DNA from: a virus
Lineage: Duplodnaviria; Caudoviricetes
IMG/VR virus record: IMGVR_UViG_3300032893_000062
Location: 1-53,979 of that record
Reading direction: 5' to 3' (one strand)
Length of the DNA: 53,979 nt
The first letter of the stretch is position 1, and every line of letters starts with the position of its first letter. Below the pieces are notes generated by a model. The model did no database searches. It was not told where the DNA came from and saw only the letters and a program-made list of their open reading frames with translations. Position numbers and translations under genes: made by a program. Positions 45,663 to 53,979 of the stretch are shown here, piece after piece.

Positions 45663-46228
45663 GATTCCTTCATCACCAGCCAAGAGGTGTCGGGGAAAAA
45701 TCTCACTTCTCGGCCTTCGAAAGATTCGTCCACTGCCTGTTTCACTCCTGGAAATTTCGTGACTGCCGTTGGAACGCATGGGTAGTCGTGACCAGACAGA
45801 AATCCTCCAATTCTTATCTTCGGCCACCACACCTTGATGTCTCTCATGCAGATTTCGTAACTGTGCGTTCCAGCATCGATGTAGGCGAAATCTATAGATC
45901 CGTCGATCAAACTGGTCACCATGTCTAAAGACCCGCATCTGTGTTTGATCATGTTGCCAGCTCTATAGCAACGCTCATCGAATGATTGCTCGATCAAGAC
46001 AGCATTCGGAGACAGAGTCGCCTCCCCCCAGGGGTCTACGCAATGAACGAGGCGGAAAAACTTAGCGAACACCTCAGCGCTCTCTCCTGCATAACTCCCT
46101 ATTTCGTACATCACGGACTCGCTCCCCAGCTTCGAATGTACGAACATGCACAATTCCACAAGTCCGTTGAAGATTTCAGGAATACCGCCTATTTTTTCCG
46201 GTGATCTCATCTCATTAAGAAGCATCAT
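45659..46228 (-). CDS. Class I SAM methyltransferase (Methyltransf_24-like), paralog of 44200..44760
   Basis: EIGSYAGES, VDPW, DFAYIDA, GGFLSGHDY. Confidence 0.9.
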   Translation of the reverse strand: MMLLNEMRSPEKIGGIPEIFNGLVELCMFVHSKLGSESVMYEIGSYAGESAEVFAKFFRLVHCVDPWGEATLSPNAVLIEQSFDERCYRAGNMIKHRCGSLDMVTSLIDGSIDFAYIDAGTHSYEICMRDIKVWWPKIRIGGFLSGHDYPCVPTAVTKFPGVKQAVDESFEGREVRFFPDTSWLVMKES

Positions 46229-47475
46229 CTTCTCCCTTCTTTGTCCAATCTTCTTTTGCAAATTTCGACGAACTCCTCCGCACAATCAGCCCAAGTGTAT
46301 TTCGAATGCATCCGTTCGCTCGCCTTCTTCCCTCGGCGCAGCGCTTCGTCGTAGCCGTGATAAATCTGTTCGAACCTGCGAACCAGAGCATCCCCGTGCG
46401 CTATCGCTCCGTAGCTGTCATGTGCCTTCACCAGACGGATGTGATCCTTCCCCATCATCAACGCCGACGCCGCTAGAGCCGAACCAGGGTTCTCTATCTT
46501 CTCCGCTTGAATCATCTGCAGCGGCGCCATCGACCAGTCCTTCCTCCCGTTCGCGTTGGTGATCGGAAACCCAATTGACTCGTCAGCGAAGTCCACGGGT
46601 CCGCTCCAGTGCGTCCAGATCGACGGCGCCCCGGTCGCCAAAGCTTCTGCGAGAGTCAGCCCCCACCCCTCCCCGACCGAAGGCAAAAGGAAAGCGTGCG
46701 CCGAATGGTAGAGTTCCCGCATCTGCTCTCGCGTGTACGTCCGGGTGTCGAACACGATCCCCGGCAAATCGGGGGCCTCTGGGTTGCAGTCTTTCTCCTC
46801 GAAAAAGTCGACTACGGGGAACTTGATTTTCTTTGTCCCTTGGCATCGGGGACATTTAGCTCTTTCATGATCCGGGCAATCTCCCTCTCGCATCTGCACC
46901 GCAGCCTTGAACTTCACCGTTTTGTCTTCGTCCGTCCCCGATGACTTCATATAGAGCTGAACGTCTTTCGGCATTCTACCGGTTCGAAGCCATTGTGTCC
47001 ACGACGCAAGCGCCAATTGAAACCCCTTCCTCGGGTTCGGAGCTCCAACCCAAAGGAAACGGAAAGGCTCCCCGGGATCCGGCCTCTTGCGTTGGTAGAA
47101 CGGATATTGCTCCGGATCGATACCTAGACGACATCGCTCGACCTTCCCCCGCTTGTAATAGTTCCCGAATAGCTCCACGTTTTGCTTGCAGGGGACGACT
47201 AAAACGTCAGCCTCATTGATAGGCTTCACCCATCCATAGGGGAGGGTGGTCGCTTCGTACATGGTGAAAAGCAACTGCGGGTGAGCAGAATCAACAGCCT
47301 GAAACTTGTCTGGCGTTATGATGTGAACTGCTATGTCATACTCCTTGCCACGTTCTTCAATGACGAAAACATCGGTTCTTCTTCGAAGGGCCTCGAGCAT
47401 CTTGTCGGCTTGAGTGCTGTAGCCGTAGGCATTGCCAATTCCGGAAAGCTGTGATGCCCAGAGAAGGCGGATCAC
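46225..47475 (-). CDS. GT-B (GT4-like) glycosyltransferase
   Basis: FLWVG..NPRKG; LLPSVGEGWGLTLAEALATG (EX7E). Confidence 0.9.
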   Translation of the reverse strand: MIRLLWASQLSGIGNAYGYSTQADKMLEALRRRTDVFVIEERGKEYDIAVHIITPDKFQAVDSAHPQLLFTMYEATTLPYGWVKPINEADVLVVPCKQNVELFGNYYKRGKVERCRLGIDPEQYPFYQRKRPDPGEPFRFLWVGAPNPRKGFQLALASWTQWLRTGRMPKDVQLYMKSSGTDEDKTVKFKAAVQMREGDCPDHERAKCPRCQGTKKIKFPVVDFFEEKDCNPEAPDLPGIVFDTRTYTREQMRELYHSAHAFLLPSVGEGWGLTLAEALATGAPSIWTHWSGPVDFADESIGFPITNANGRKDWSMAPLQMIQAEKIENPGSALAASALMMGKDHIRLVKAHDSYGAIAHGDALVRRFEQIYHGYDEALRRGKKASERMHSKYTWADCAEEFVEICKRRLDKEGRR

Positions 47476-47626
47476 TTCATCCCTCCCCGCGCCCGGGTCT
47501 CGGCCTCTTCACGGCGTGCAAGTTCGTTCACGTGGTGTTCCCATGTCCACTCAGGATGTTCCCGTTGAATACGTATGGCCTCCTTAACGCGCCATCGAGA
47601 TGCCGCTATGTCTGCTTGCGTGTAGA

Positions 47627-48058
47627 TCACGTCGACCCTCCCCCGCCCTCGGGAAGCTCGACCACGGAAAACCCAAATACCTTTCCGTGACGCCTTGCTT
47701 CAACTTCGTCATCAAAAATGTGACGACACGCCATGCACTGCCACCGCTTGGCTTCCTTCAGCGCGGGCTTGCATGTGTGTTCAAATTGAGAATCGTTGTG
47801 GTAATAGCAAGCAAGACAACTCGGCGCGCCCTTGGCGTCCTGGGCTTCCTGGGCGTTGTCGTCTTGGTTTGTGTCGCCTTCGGGATAGCGGTGATTGGCT
47901 TGCCATTCCACCCTCATTCCATCCCACGCTTCGCCACCTATCTCCCATCCGAAGCGTGCACCAGCCCGAAACGCATCACGCTCTTTCTGGCTCACAACGT
48001 CCATCCTTTCCTCGTGATACGGTGCGACCATTCGATCACAACGGGTCCGAGAAGCCAC
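47627..48058 (-). CDS. Cys-rich hypothetical protein
   Basis: CxxC pairs; start uncertain. Confidence 0.4.
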   Translation of the reverse strand: MASRTRCDRMVAPYHEERMDVVSQKERDAFRAGARFGWEIGGEAWDGMRVEWQANHRYPEGDTNQDDNAQEAQDAKGAPSCLACYYHNDSQFEHTCKPALKEAKRWQCMACRHIFDDEVEARRHGKVFGFSVVELPEGGGGST

Positions 48059-48137
48059 ACGATTCCGCTACCGCCAAAGTAGTGCGCCCTTCCCCAACGC
48101 GGTGCCATCGGATGATGATCTCTACGCAGATAGATTT

Positions 48138-48809
48138 TCATGTCTCCCCCTCCGGTGTCTGCGCGGTGGGCTGGGCGGCTACCTTCAATCGGCTCCTGAT
48201 GTAACCGATGGCCTCATCATACCCAACCAAAGGATTATCTCTTTCGACGGTAGTGAAATGACGCAAAATTGAAAGCAACTCCGCCCGCAGCCCTCCCTCT
48301 GCGCCTGACTGCGCGGTGGACTGGGAGGGAATCTTCTGCCATTCGTCTATCTCTTCTTTGGTGAAGGCTCCCGAAAGAATGGCGTCACAGTCCTCGGCCA
48401 TGACTTCATAGTCACCGAGCTTCAGAGCGCAACGATGGTCACTCAGGTATTTTTCGATGGAGAATCGCATCTTGCGTAGAATGTCGATACGCACTCCCTC
48501 TGCGCTTGACTGCGCGGGGGCGGCTTTGAGAGCTTCCTCTGCATCGAGCTGGATATTGCACAGGTCGTCCATTTCCGATTTGCGCGTCTCTTTCATATGT
48601 CGCCAACGCGCCGTCACTCTGTTCATTCGCGTGACAACCTTTCCCAACGCCTCTCGAAGTCCCGGCGGCTCCCCGGGGGCTTCGGCGAGGATGTGACGTA
48701 GTTCAGAGGCATGTCCGCTGATTGCGCCTTCTGCCGGAAACTCCTCTTCCGTTTCCCGATCCCACTTATCTGCCAGCGCTTCCAGCTTCGCCAGTGTTTC
48801 GCTATTCAT
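48138..48809 (-). CDS. Hypothetical protein
   Basis: Long ORF of modular helical segments. Confidence 0.5.
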   Translation of the reverse strand: MNSETLAKLEALADKWDRETEEEFPAEGAISGHASELRHILAEAPGEPPGLREALGKVVTRMNRVTARWRHMKETRKSEMDDLCNIQLDAEEALKAAPAQSSAEGVRIDILRKMRFSIEKYLSDHRCALKLGDYEVMAEDCDAILSGAFTKEEIDEWQKIPSQSTAQSGAEGGLRAELLSILRHFTTVERDNPLVGYDEAIGYIRSRLKVAAQPTAQTPEGET

Positions 48810-48963
48810 GGGGCTTTTGCTCCTCTTCATCTTTCAGCCGTTGCTCTGCCCACCGCTGGTAGTAGCCATCGTGGCCGTGATTGATGTCGCCATAACACAT
48901 AGAGCATGTTTTGCTCCCTTGGTTTTCAGGAATCCAAGAACCGCAGTTTACGCAATAAGGCAT
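48802..48963 (-). CDS. Small zinc-ribbon protein, 53 aa; not in the ORF track
   Basis: MPYCVNCG...CSMCYG; AAGGAG RBS. Confidence 0.5.
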   Translation of the reverse strand: MPYCVNCGSWIPENQGSKTCSMCYGDINHGHDGYYQRWAEQRLKDEEEQKPHE

Positions 48964-48966
48964 GTC

Positions 48967-49197
48967 TTACTCCTTGCGCTTCGCGGGGCCGTCATCGAAT
49001 AGGGCGGCAAGGATGCGGTCAGCCGTTTCCAGTACGCCAACTGGATATGGGCTTCCCATCAGTTTATCAAAGGCATCTGAAATAACCTCTATTACCCGCT
49101 CCCGCCCCTCGACGCGAAGGCGCTCGATGTCGGATGCGAGGTAGACCTCTTCATTGTCTGAAAGCATCGGATCGCCAATAGTGTATCGATTCAGCAT
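48967..49197 (-). CDS. Hypothetical protein
   Basis: AGGAGGGAG RBS. Confidence 0.5.
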   Translation of the reverse strand: MLNRYTIGDPMLSDNEEVYLASDIERLRVEGRERVIEVISDAFDKLMGSPYPVGVLETADRILAALFDDGPAKRKE

Positions 49198-49234
49198 TCT
49201 CTCCCTCCTTGCCTGTATTCTCCGTTACCGCCAC

Positions 49235-49477
49235 CTAAACGGCCGCCATTTTGTTTCGGTAGTGAATGCAGGCGTGCCATTCGGATTCGTTCAAGCACTC
49301 GAACACGTCGCGCTTTCTTCCGATCAACTCGCAGAACTGGACGCGCGTGACTGTTCCGAATCCATCGTCGTGGTCGTAAAAGATGTACTCGCATCCTCCG
49401 AAGTCGGAATAGTTCACGCGCTTGTTGCCTTCCTTGGCGATCTCACTTTCAGGAACTACGAAAGGACACTGCGCCAT
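49235..49477 (-). CDS. Cys-containing hypothetical protein
   Basis: GGGAGG RBS; MAQCPF start. Confidence 0.5.
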   Translation of the reverse strand: MAQCPFVVPESEIAKEGNKRVNYSDFGGCEYIFYDHDDGFGTVTRVQFCELIGRKRDVFECLNESEWHACIHYRNKMAAV

Positions 49478-49488
49478 TTCATCCTCCC

Positions 49489-50022
49489 TTATTGAGCACC
49501 TGTCATGAATGCCGCGATGAGGACGGCATCGGCAACGTCGGCGGTCGCGCATTCGGTTCCAAGCCGCTCCGTGTAGTATGCTGCATACTCTTTCGGCGTG
49601 AGAGTCTTCTTCAACTTCCGTTCGGAATCGGGAAGGCGAGACTTCCAAGTGATCGGGGCTATCTTCCGAACTCTCCACCCGCACGACCAGCACAAGCATA
49701 TCAGAACTCCGCGGATCTCGCCAGCTTTTCCCGCGAACATTGGCGCCGCCTTCATTGGCTCTTTCGTCCCGCCGAACACGCCATCCTCGATCCCGACCTC
49801 GATCTTCCGTCCGTGCGCCTTCTCTATCTCCGCGAAGATCTCGCTTGCCTGGACGTAGATGTAAAACAACCGCCGCAACGGCCCCGCCTTCTTGTCGGGG
49901 CGGATAGACCACTTCCCGAGCACGGTCCCCCCGGAGGTCATCAGGCAAACCCCGGCGGAAAGGCTGCCGGGGTCTATCCCTATGACGGGGTCTCCGAGGT
50001 CGAGCGTGGTGCCGGGACGCAT
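49489..50022 (-). CDS. RuvC-like Holliday junction resolvase
   Basis: VIGIDPGS, VGIED, ITWKS, DVADAVLIA. Confidence 0.85.
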   Translation of the reverse strand: MRPGTTLDLGDPVIGIDPGSLSAGVCLMTSGGTVLGKWSIRPDKKAGPLRRLFYIYVQASEIFAEIEKAHGRKIEVGIEDGVFGGTKEPMKAAPMFAGKAGEIRGVLICLCWSCGWRVRKIAPITWKSRLPDSERKLKKTLTPKEYAAYYTERLGTECATADVADAVLIAAFMTGAQ

Positions 50023-50023
50023 C

Positions 50024-50299
50024 TCACGCCTCCGGGCCGACCCCGTCTTCGAAAAGCTTCTTCTGCTTCTTCTCGTCCTCGTCGAGGACGGGCTCCGGGA
50101 TGAACTCCCGCAGCTCCACGTCGACGTGCTTCTCCAGGAGCTTCCCGAGGACACCATACGCCTCCTCGTCGAAGTCCAGCTCCAGAATGACGCGGATCTT
50201 GTTCCCGTTCCGCAGCTTGCGGAAACGGCAGTCCTCAAAGACGAACTTCCCTCCGAAGCTCGTCAGGACGGGTTCCTCTTTCTTTTTCTCTTTCGCCAT
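50024..50299 (-). CDS. Hypothetical protein
   Basis: AGGAAGGA RBS. Confidence 0.55.
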   Translation of the reverse strand: MAKEKKKEEPVLTSFGGKFVFEDCRFRKLRNGNKIRVILELDFDEEAYGVLGKLLEKHVDVELREFIPEPVLDEDEKKQKKLFEDGVGPEA

Positions 50300-50318
50300 G
50301 GCTCTTTCCTTCCTCCTG

Positions 50319-52595
50319 TTATGATGTTGCTTCTGAAAACAAATCTTGGCCTATAAAATGAGATTCTGCATATTGACAATTCTGAACGGCGATACGGAAA
50401 TAGCTCTCCTTTAGCTCGATTCCTATTCCCTTTCGTCCAAATCTGACAGCCTGATAGATCTCGCTTCCGATTCCCATGAACGGAGAAAGCACAAGTTCTC
50501 CGGGATTGGAATACAGTTTGATGCACCTCTCGATCACGCCAAGCTGCAGCGGACAAATGTGCTTTTCGTCGTCGGCATCACGTGCGGGGGCGTAGCGTAG
50601 AACGTCCGATTCCTGGATGCCGAACCAAATGCCATGCGCCCAGTTTATCCACGTCTCATTGTCCATATCCCCGTTTTCCACGGGACGGATCGCAACTTCG
50701 CACTCCCCCGGCTTCTTAAATATGAGAACCTGATCGATAATCGCAGGCCTCGAGTGTGAGGAATCTTTTCGGAGCTGAGCGAACAAGAGCGCCTTGCTCT
50801 TGACGCGTATAGCCTGCGCTTGCGGGTTCTTCTGGATGAAGGCGCGGCCGACGAATATCCAGCCCTCGCGCTCATAGGCGCGGATAACCTCGCCGGGAAA
50901 ATCCTTCATTCCTATGTAACCATCCTTGACTTCCATGGCGGGAATGTCCGATGAGTGGACGCAGGTCAAACGGCCTGGCTTCGTCACGCGGAGCAACTCC
51001 CGGATGATGAAAGCGTAGTGGCTGAAGAACTCCCCCCAATCCTTAGAGTTTCCCAAGTCATGCTCGCTATTCGTGTAGGTGTACAGGTCAGCGAATGGAG
51101 GGGAGTACACCGACAGATCGACGCTGCTCTCACCGATTTGTGGCAGTTGCTCGCACGAATCGCCATGGATGGCGGTGAAGTTGGCCCCGATCACGGAAGA
51201 AAGGAACTGCTCCTTTTTCTCGTTGTCTTCATCTGCCATTTTTAGTTCCCTCCGTTCATAGATTGCGATATTGCGAAGCAGCTCACTGGTCATCAGCTTT
51301 GCCACGCGCTCCTTACGCTTTACGTTCTCCCATATTTCTTGCTCCGCAGCCGACATAATGATGTAGACGTTTACGGGATGTTTCTGGCCGTAGCGCCATT
51401 CGCGGCGGATACACTGGTAGTACGATTCCCATGAATCGTTTAGGCCGAAAAAGATCATGTTGTGCGCGTTTTGGAAGTTCATTCCGAATCCGCAGATTTT
51501 CGGCTTCGTTATGAGTATATGGTAATTGCCATCCTGGAAGTCTTGAAGATCGCTGATTTTCTGATCTTGAGAATCGTCTCCCTTGACCTCGCGCGCATCA
51601 CGGGCAATCCATCCCTTGAGAGCGTCTGTTTCCGATTGCAGGCCCGCCCATATGATCCACTGGCTCTTATCGCCGTCGAGGATTTCGTCAACGCAACCGA
51701 GACGGTCGGGAATGGTGGACCGCCGGACATTTGTCCGGTCGGTGATGCCGGACAACTTGGAATGGAAAAGCTCTCCCTCTGGAACGTAGTCCGATTCCAC
51801 GATCACCGGCGTGATTTTCAAAGGCGGCAGGATGTAGCCTTCGTCCGAGTATCCGAGCTCAGACGGGCGTGTCATGGCCACAGCCCACGAGGCCATCCAC
51901 TCATAGAAAGGCCCTCGCGCGTGATTCTTCAGGCGCCATTCCTGGCCCTGCTTGTTGCTATGCTTTTTCCGCGTGATACTTCCGTCCTGCTCCTCGCGCT
52001 CATCCTGCTTGTTGGCATGGATGAAAAACATAGCAAGCATTTCCGCGCTCTTGCAGATTCCGAGAAACTCCGCATGGTTTCCGATCTCGCTCTGGTCGTT
52101 CGGTGCCGGGGTTGCGGTGCAGCAGAGGCGATATTTCATTCCTTGGCATTTCTCGGTCAAGTAGCGGCGCGTCACCCCCCCGATGGATTTCAGAATAGAG
52201 GATTCATCCAAAACCACGGCTCCGAAAGCCGAGAAGTCAAGACTCTCGATCATCTCGTAGTTGCAGATCGAGAATCGCCCGGTAACATCCGCCATGCTGC
52301 GGATGTACTTGACATCGATGCCGATCTTTGCACCCTCACGGATGGTCTGCCGCGTCACCGACAACGGTGCGATGATAATGGTGCGCTCGCCCAGCAGCCT
52401 AGCCCATTCAAGTTGAATGAAGGTTTTCCCCAGGCCGGTGTCCAGAAAGATAGCCGCGCGTCCTTTATGACATGCCCAGCGTACAATATCGCGCTGAAAT
52501 GGATAGAGAAGAGAATTGATTGAAGCATCATTCACTTCAATCCCATGATAGATGATTCTATTCTTTTTTGATTGCAAAAACTCTTCGTAAGTCAT
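50319..52595 (-). CDS. SNF2-like helicase fused to an N4/N6 DNA methyltransferase
   Basis: DTGLGKT, LDES, TATPAPN, GMNFQ, QCIRREWR; then YSPPF, HICPL, PFMGIGS, GIELK. Confidence 0.9.
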   Translation of the reverse strand: MTYEEFLQSKKNRIIYHGIEVNDASINSLLYPFQRDIVRWACHKGRAAIFLDTGLGKTFIQLEWARLLGERTIIIAPLSVTRQTIREGAKIGIDVKYIRSMADVTGRFSICNYEMIESLDFSAFGAVVLDESSILKSIGGVTRRYLTEKCQGMKYRLCCTATPAPNDQSEIGNHAEFLGICKSAEMLAMFFIHANKQDEREEQDGSITRKKHSNKQGQEWRLKNHARGPFYEWMASWAVAMTRPSELGYSDEGYILPPLKITPVIVESDYVPEGELFHSKLSGITDRTNVRRSTIPDRLGCVDEILDGDKSQWIIWAGLQSETDALKGWIARDAREVKGDDSQDQKISDLQDFQDGNYHILITKPKICGFGMNFQNAHNMIFFGLNDSWESYYQCIRREWRYGQKHPVNVYIIMSAAEQEIWENVKRKERVAKLMTSELLRNIAIYERRELKMADEDNEKKEQFLSSVIGANFTAIHGDSCEQLPQIGESSVDLSVYSPPFADLYTYTNSEHDLGNSKDWGEFFSHYAFIIRELLRVTKPGRLTCVHSSDIPAMEVKDGYIGMKDFPGEVIRAYEREGWIFVGRAFIQKNPQAQAIRVKSKALLFAQLRKDSSHSRPAIIDQVLIFKKPGECEVAIRPVENGDMDNETWINWAHGIWFGIQESDVLRYAPARDADDEKHICPLQLGVIERCIKLYSNPGELVLSPFMGIGSEIYQAVRFGRKGIGIELKESYFRIAVQNCQYAESHFIGQDLFSEATS

Positions 52596-52783
52596 TCCAA
52601 TTTTCCCCCGCTCTCTTCTTTTTCCTCTTCGTCTTTACTTATCGTCTGGCAATGTCCACAATTAGGGCACATCGCAGTCTTCCCTATCACGTGCGCATAG
52701 CGCAACTCCCAGGTCTTCCCACATGCGTCACAGGTCAAGGCCGGCCGCCTTTTCTTTCCCGCTCGGTTCCCGGTCTTCGTCAT
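52592..52783 (-). CDS. Small zinc-ribbon protein
   Basis: CDAC...CPNC. Confidence 0.5.
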   Translation of the reverse strand: MTKTGNRAGKKRRPALTCDACGKTWELRYAHVIGKTAMCPNCGHCQTISKDEEEKEESGGKLE

Positions 52784-53582
52784 CAGAGATGATGGTCCAC
52801 GTCCCCACCGTCGGGTCGAAGCGTATCGGCATCTCCCGCTCGACGACGTCCCTCCCAGTCACGTTCAACACGCCATCGTTCTGCCCTCTCGGTCGGCGGA
52901 GCGTGATCACGGTGTCAGCTCCCCCCGTGCTCCCGATGCTCCCCGCCACATCCCCGAGCCAGTCGTGCTTCCGTTCCTGCATCGGCGCTTTCTTCGTGTG
53001 ATGTACGAGAATGATCCCGATCCGGTAGCGGTCGGCAACTTCCTTCAGCGTCGCCATGGCGTCATACGTCTCACGGTAGGAATTGAAGTCCTCAACCCCC
53101 AAGAGACGCTGCAGCGTGTCAACGAAGATCGCTTTCGTGTCCGGGTGTTTCAGCATCCACGCTTCGAGGTTCGACACGCCTTCCCTTCCCCGCTTCCACG
53201 TCGTCGGAAGGTAAAGTCTCCCAGATCCATGATCGGCCACCTTAGAAAGTCGATCCTTCAGTCTCCTCTCATTATCTTCCAGCGCCAGGTAGAGGACCGT
53301 CGCCAGGTCAACGTGGATAGAACCAAGAACGCAACCTCCCACGGATATGGCCCACGCCACGGCGAGGATGAGCCACGACTTCCCGATCTTAGGCGACCCC
53401 GCGAGGATCGTTAGACCCGCGGGTATCAAGTCTGGAACTATCCAAGAGACGGGCGTCAACTCTCGGTTGAGGATCTCCTCGCAAGTCGGAGCCTCGGGGA
53501 GCTTGTCGATCTGCCCCTGGATGAAGGCCATAGCCTTCGCGGTCCCTTCGCGGCTCATGTTGAAATGCCGGCCTCTTGCCAT
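52728..53582 (-). CDS. AAA_25 / RepA-like replicative helicase
   Basis: GSPKIGKS, VLYLALED, IFVDT, LVHHTKK, GSIG. Confidence 0.9.
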   Translation of the reverse strand: MARGRHFNMSREGTAKAMAFIQGQIDKLPEAPTCEEILNRELTPVSWIVPDLIPAGLTILAGSPKIGKSWLILAVAWAISVGGCVLGSIHVDLATVLYLALEDNERRLKDRLSKVADHGSGRLYLPTTWKRGREGVSNLEAWMLKHPDTKAIFVDTLQRLLGVEDFNSYRETYDAMATLKEVADRYRIGIILVHHTKKAPMQERKHDWLGDVAGSIGSTGGADTVITLRRPRGQNDGVLNVTGRDVVEREMPIRFDPTVGTWTIISDDEDREPSGKEKAAGLDL

Positions 53583-53920
53583 GTCTTCCCCAAATGGGAG
53601 TAGAACGAGATCAGAAAAGCGTCCACCCCAGCAGCGTCCGGTGCACCGTTGGAGATCAGGAAAGCGTCGTATTCCCTCCTTGCAATCATGGCTGCCCGTG
53701 GATTTTCCTCCATCTTCCCTTCGGCGATGTATCCGATCACGGAGTCAGCTCCAGTTGAATCTCGGTCCGACAACTGCTTCCGAAACCACTCGGCCGTGAA
53801 CCTCTGATCGTCGAGAAAGCACTCCATCATCTTTGGAAGGTTTTCTCGATCCTCTTTTTCGAGGAGAGCTCGCCACGCATCGTTGCTCACGTCGTAGATC
53901 TGCTTTTCTATGCTGCTCAT
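53555..53920 (-). CDS. Hypothetical protein between initiator and helicase
   Basis: Overlaps both neighbours, including across the circular join. Confidence 0.6.
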   Translation of the reverse strand: MSSIEKQIYDVSNDAWRALLEKEDRENLPKMMECFLDDQRFTAEWFRKQLSDRDSTGADSVIGYIAEGKMEENPRAAMIARREYDAFLISNGAPDAAGVDAFLISFYSHLGKTWQEAGIST

Positions 53921-53979
53921 GCTTCGTCCGCAAACAGCCGAGGCGCCATGATCTTCTTCACCCCACCGTTCCCGTCAGA
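53853..53979. repeat. Terminal direct repeat, copy 2
   Basis: Identical to 1-127. Confidence 0.95.

Noticed and set aside
3949-52523. Many long plus-strand ORFs antisense to annotated genes
   Set aside because: Expected shadows in high-GC DNA; no motifs or RBS, and they overlap well-supported minus-strand genes.
1-53979. Integrase, CI-type repressor, tRNA or rRNA genes
   Set aside because: No supporting motifs seen. The lifestyle remains undetermined.

Overview
This 54-kb, GC-rich window appears to be a complete circular tailed-phage genome. Bases 1-127 repeat at 53853-53979, and a gene pair overlaps across the join. Almost every gene is on the minus strand. The modules are: replication/recombination (HTH initiator, AAA helicase, SNF2-methylase fusion, RuvC, ERF, SSB); a sugar-modification cluster; terminase, portal and head; a short contractile tail and baseplate with two paralogous fibre genes; and lysis. 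I found no integrase. The standout is a cassette inserted in the head module with its own promoter and terminator. It encodes a ParB-like protein coupled to a nuclease-less IS110/Nop-domain protein, followed by about 18 units of a 36-nt dual-repeat, dual-spacer array. This matches TIGR-Tas (TasA-type) architecture. A second array of about 6 units with the same repeats lies about 27 kb away, beside the replication initiator. Other oddities are a motif-permuted PD-(D/E)XK nuclease, a 71-aa paralog of the capsid C-terminus, CxxCxG zinc-finger inserts in four unrelated proteins, a shared palindromic operator and two plus-strand mini-units. All calls come from reading motifs by eye; no searches were run.
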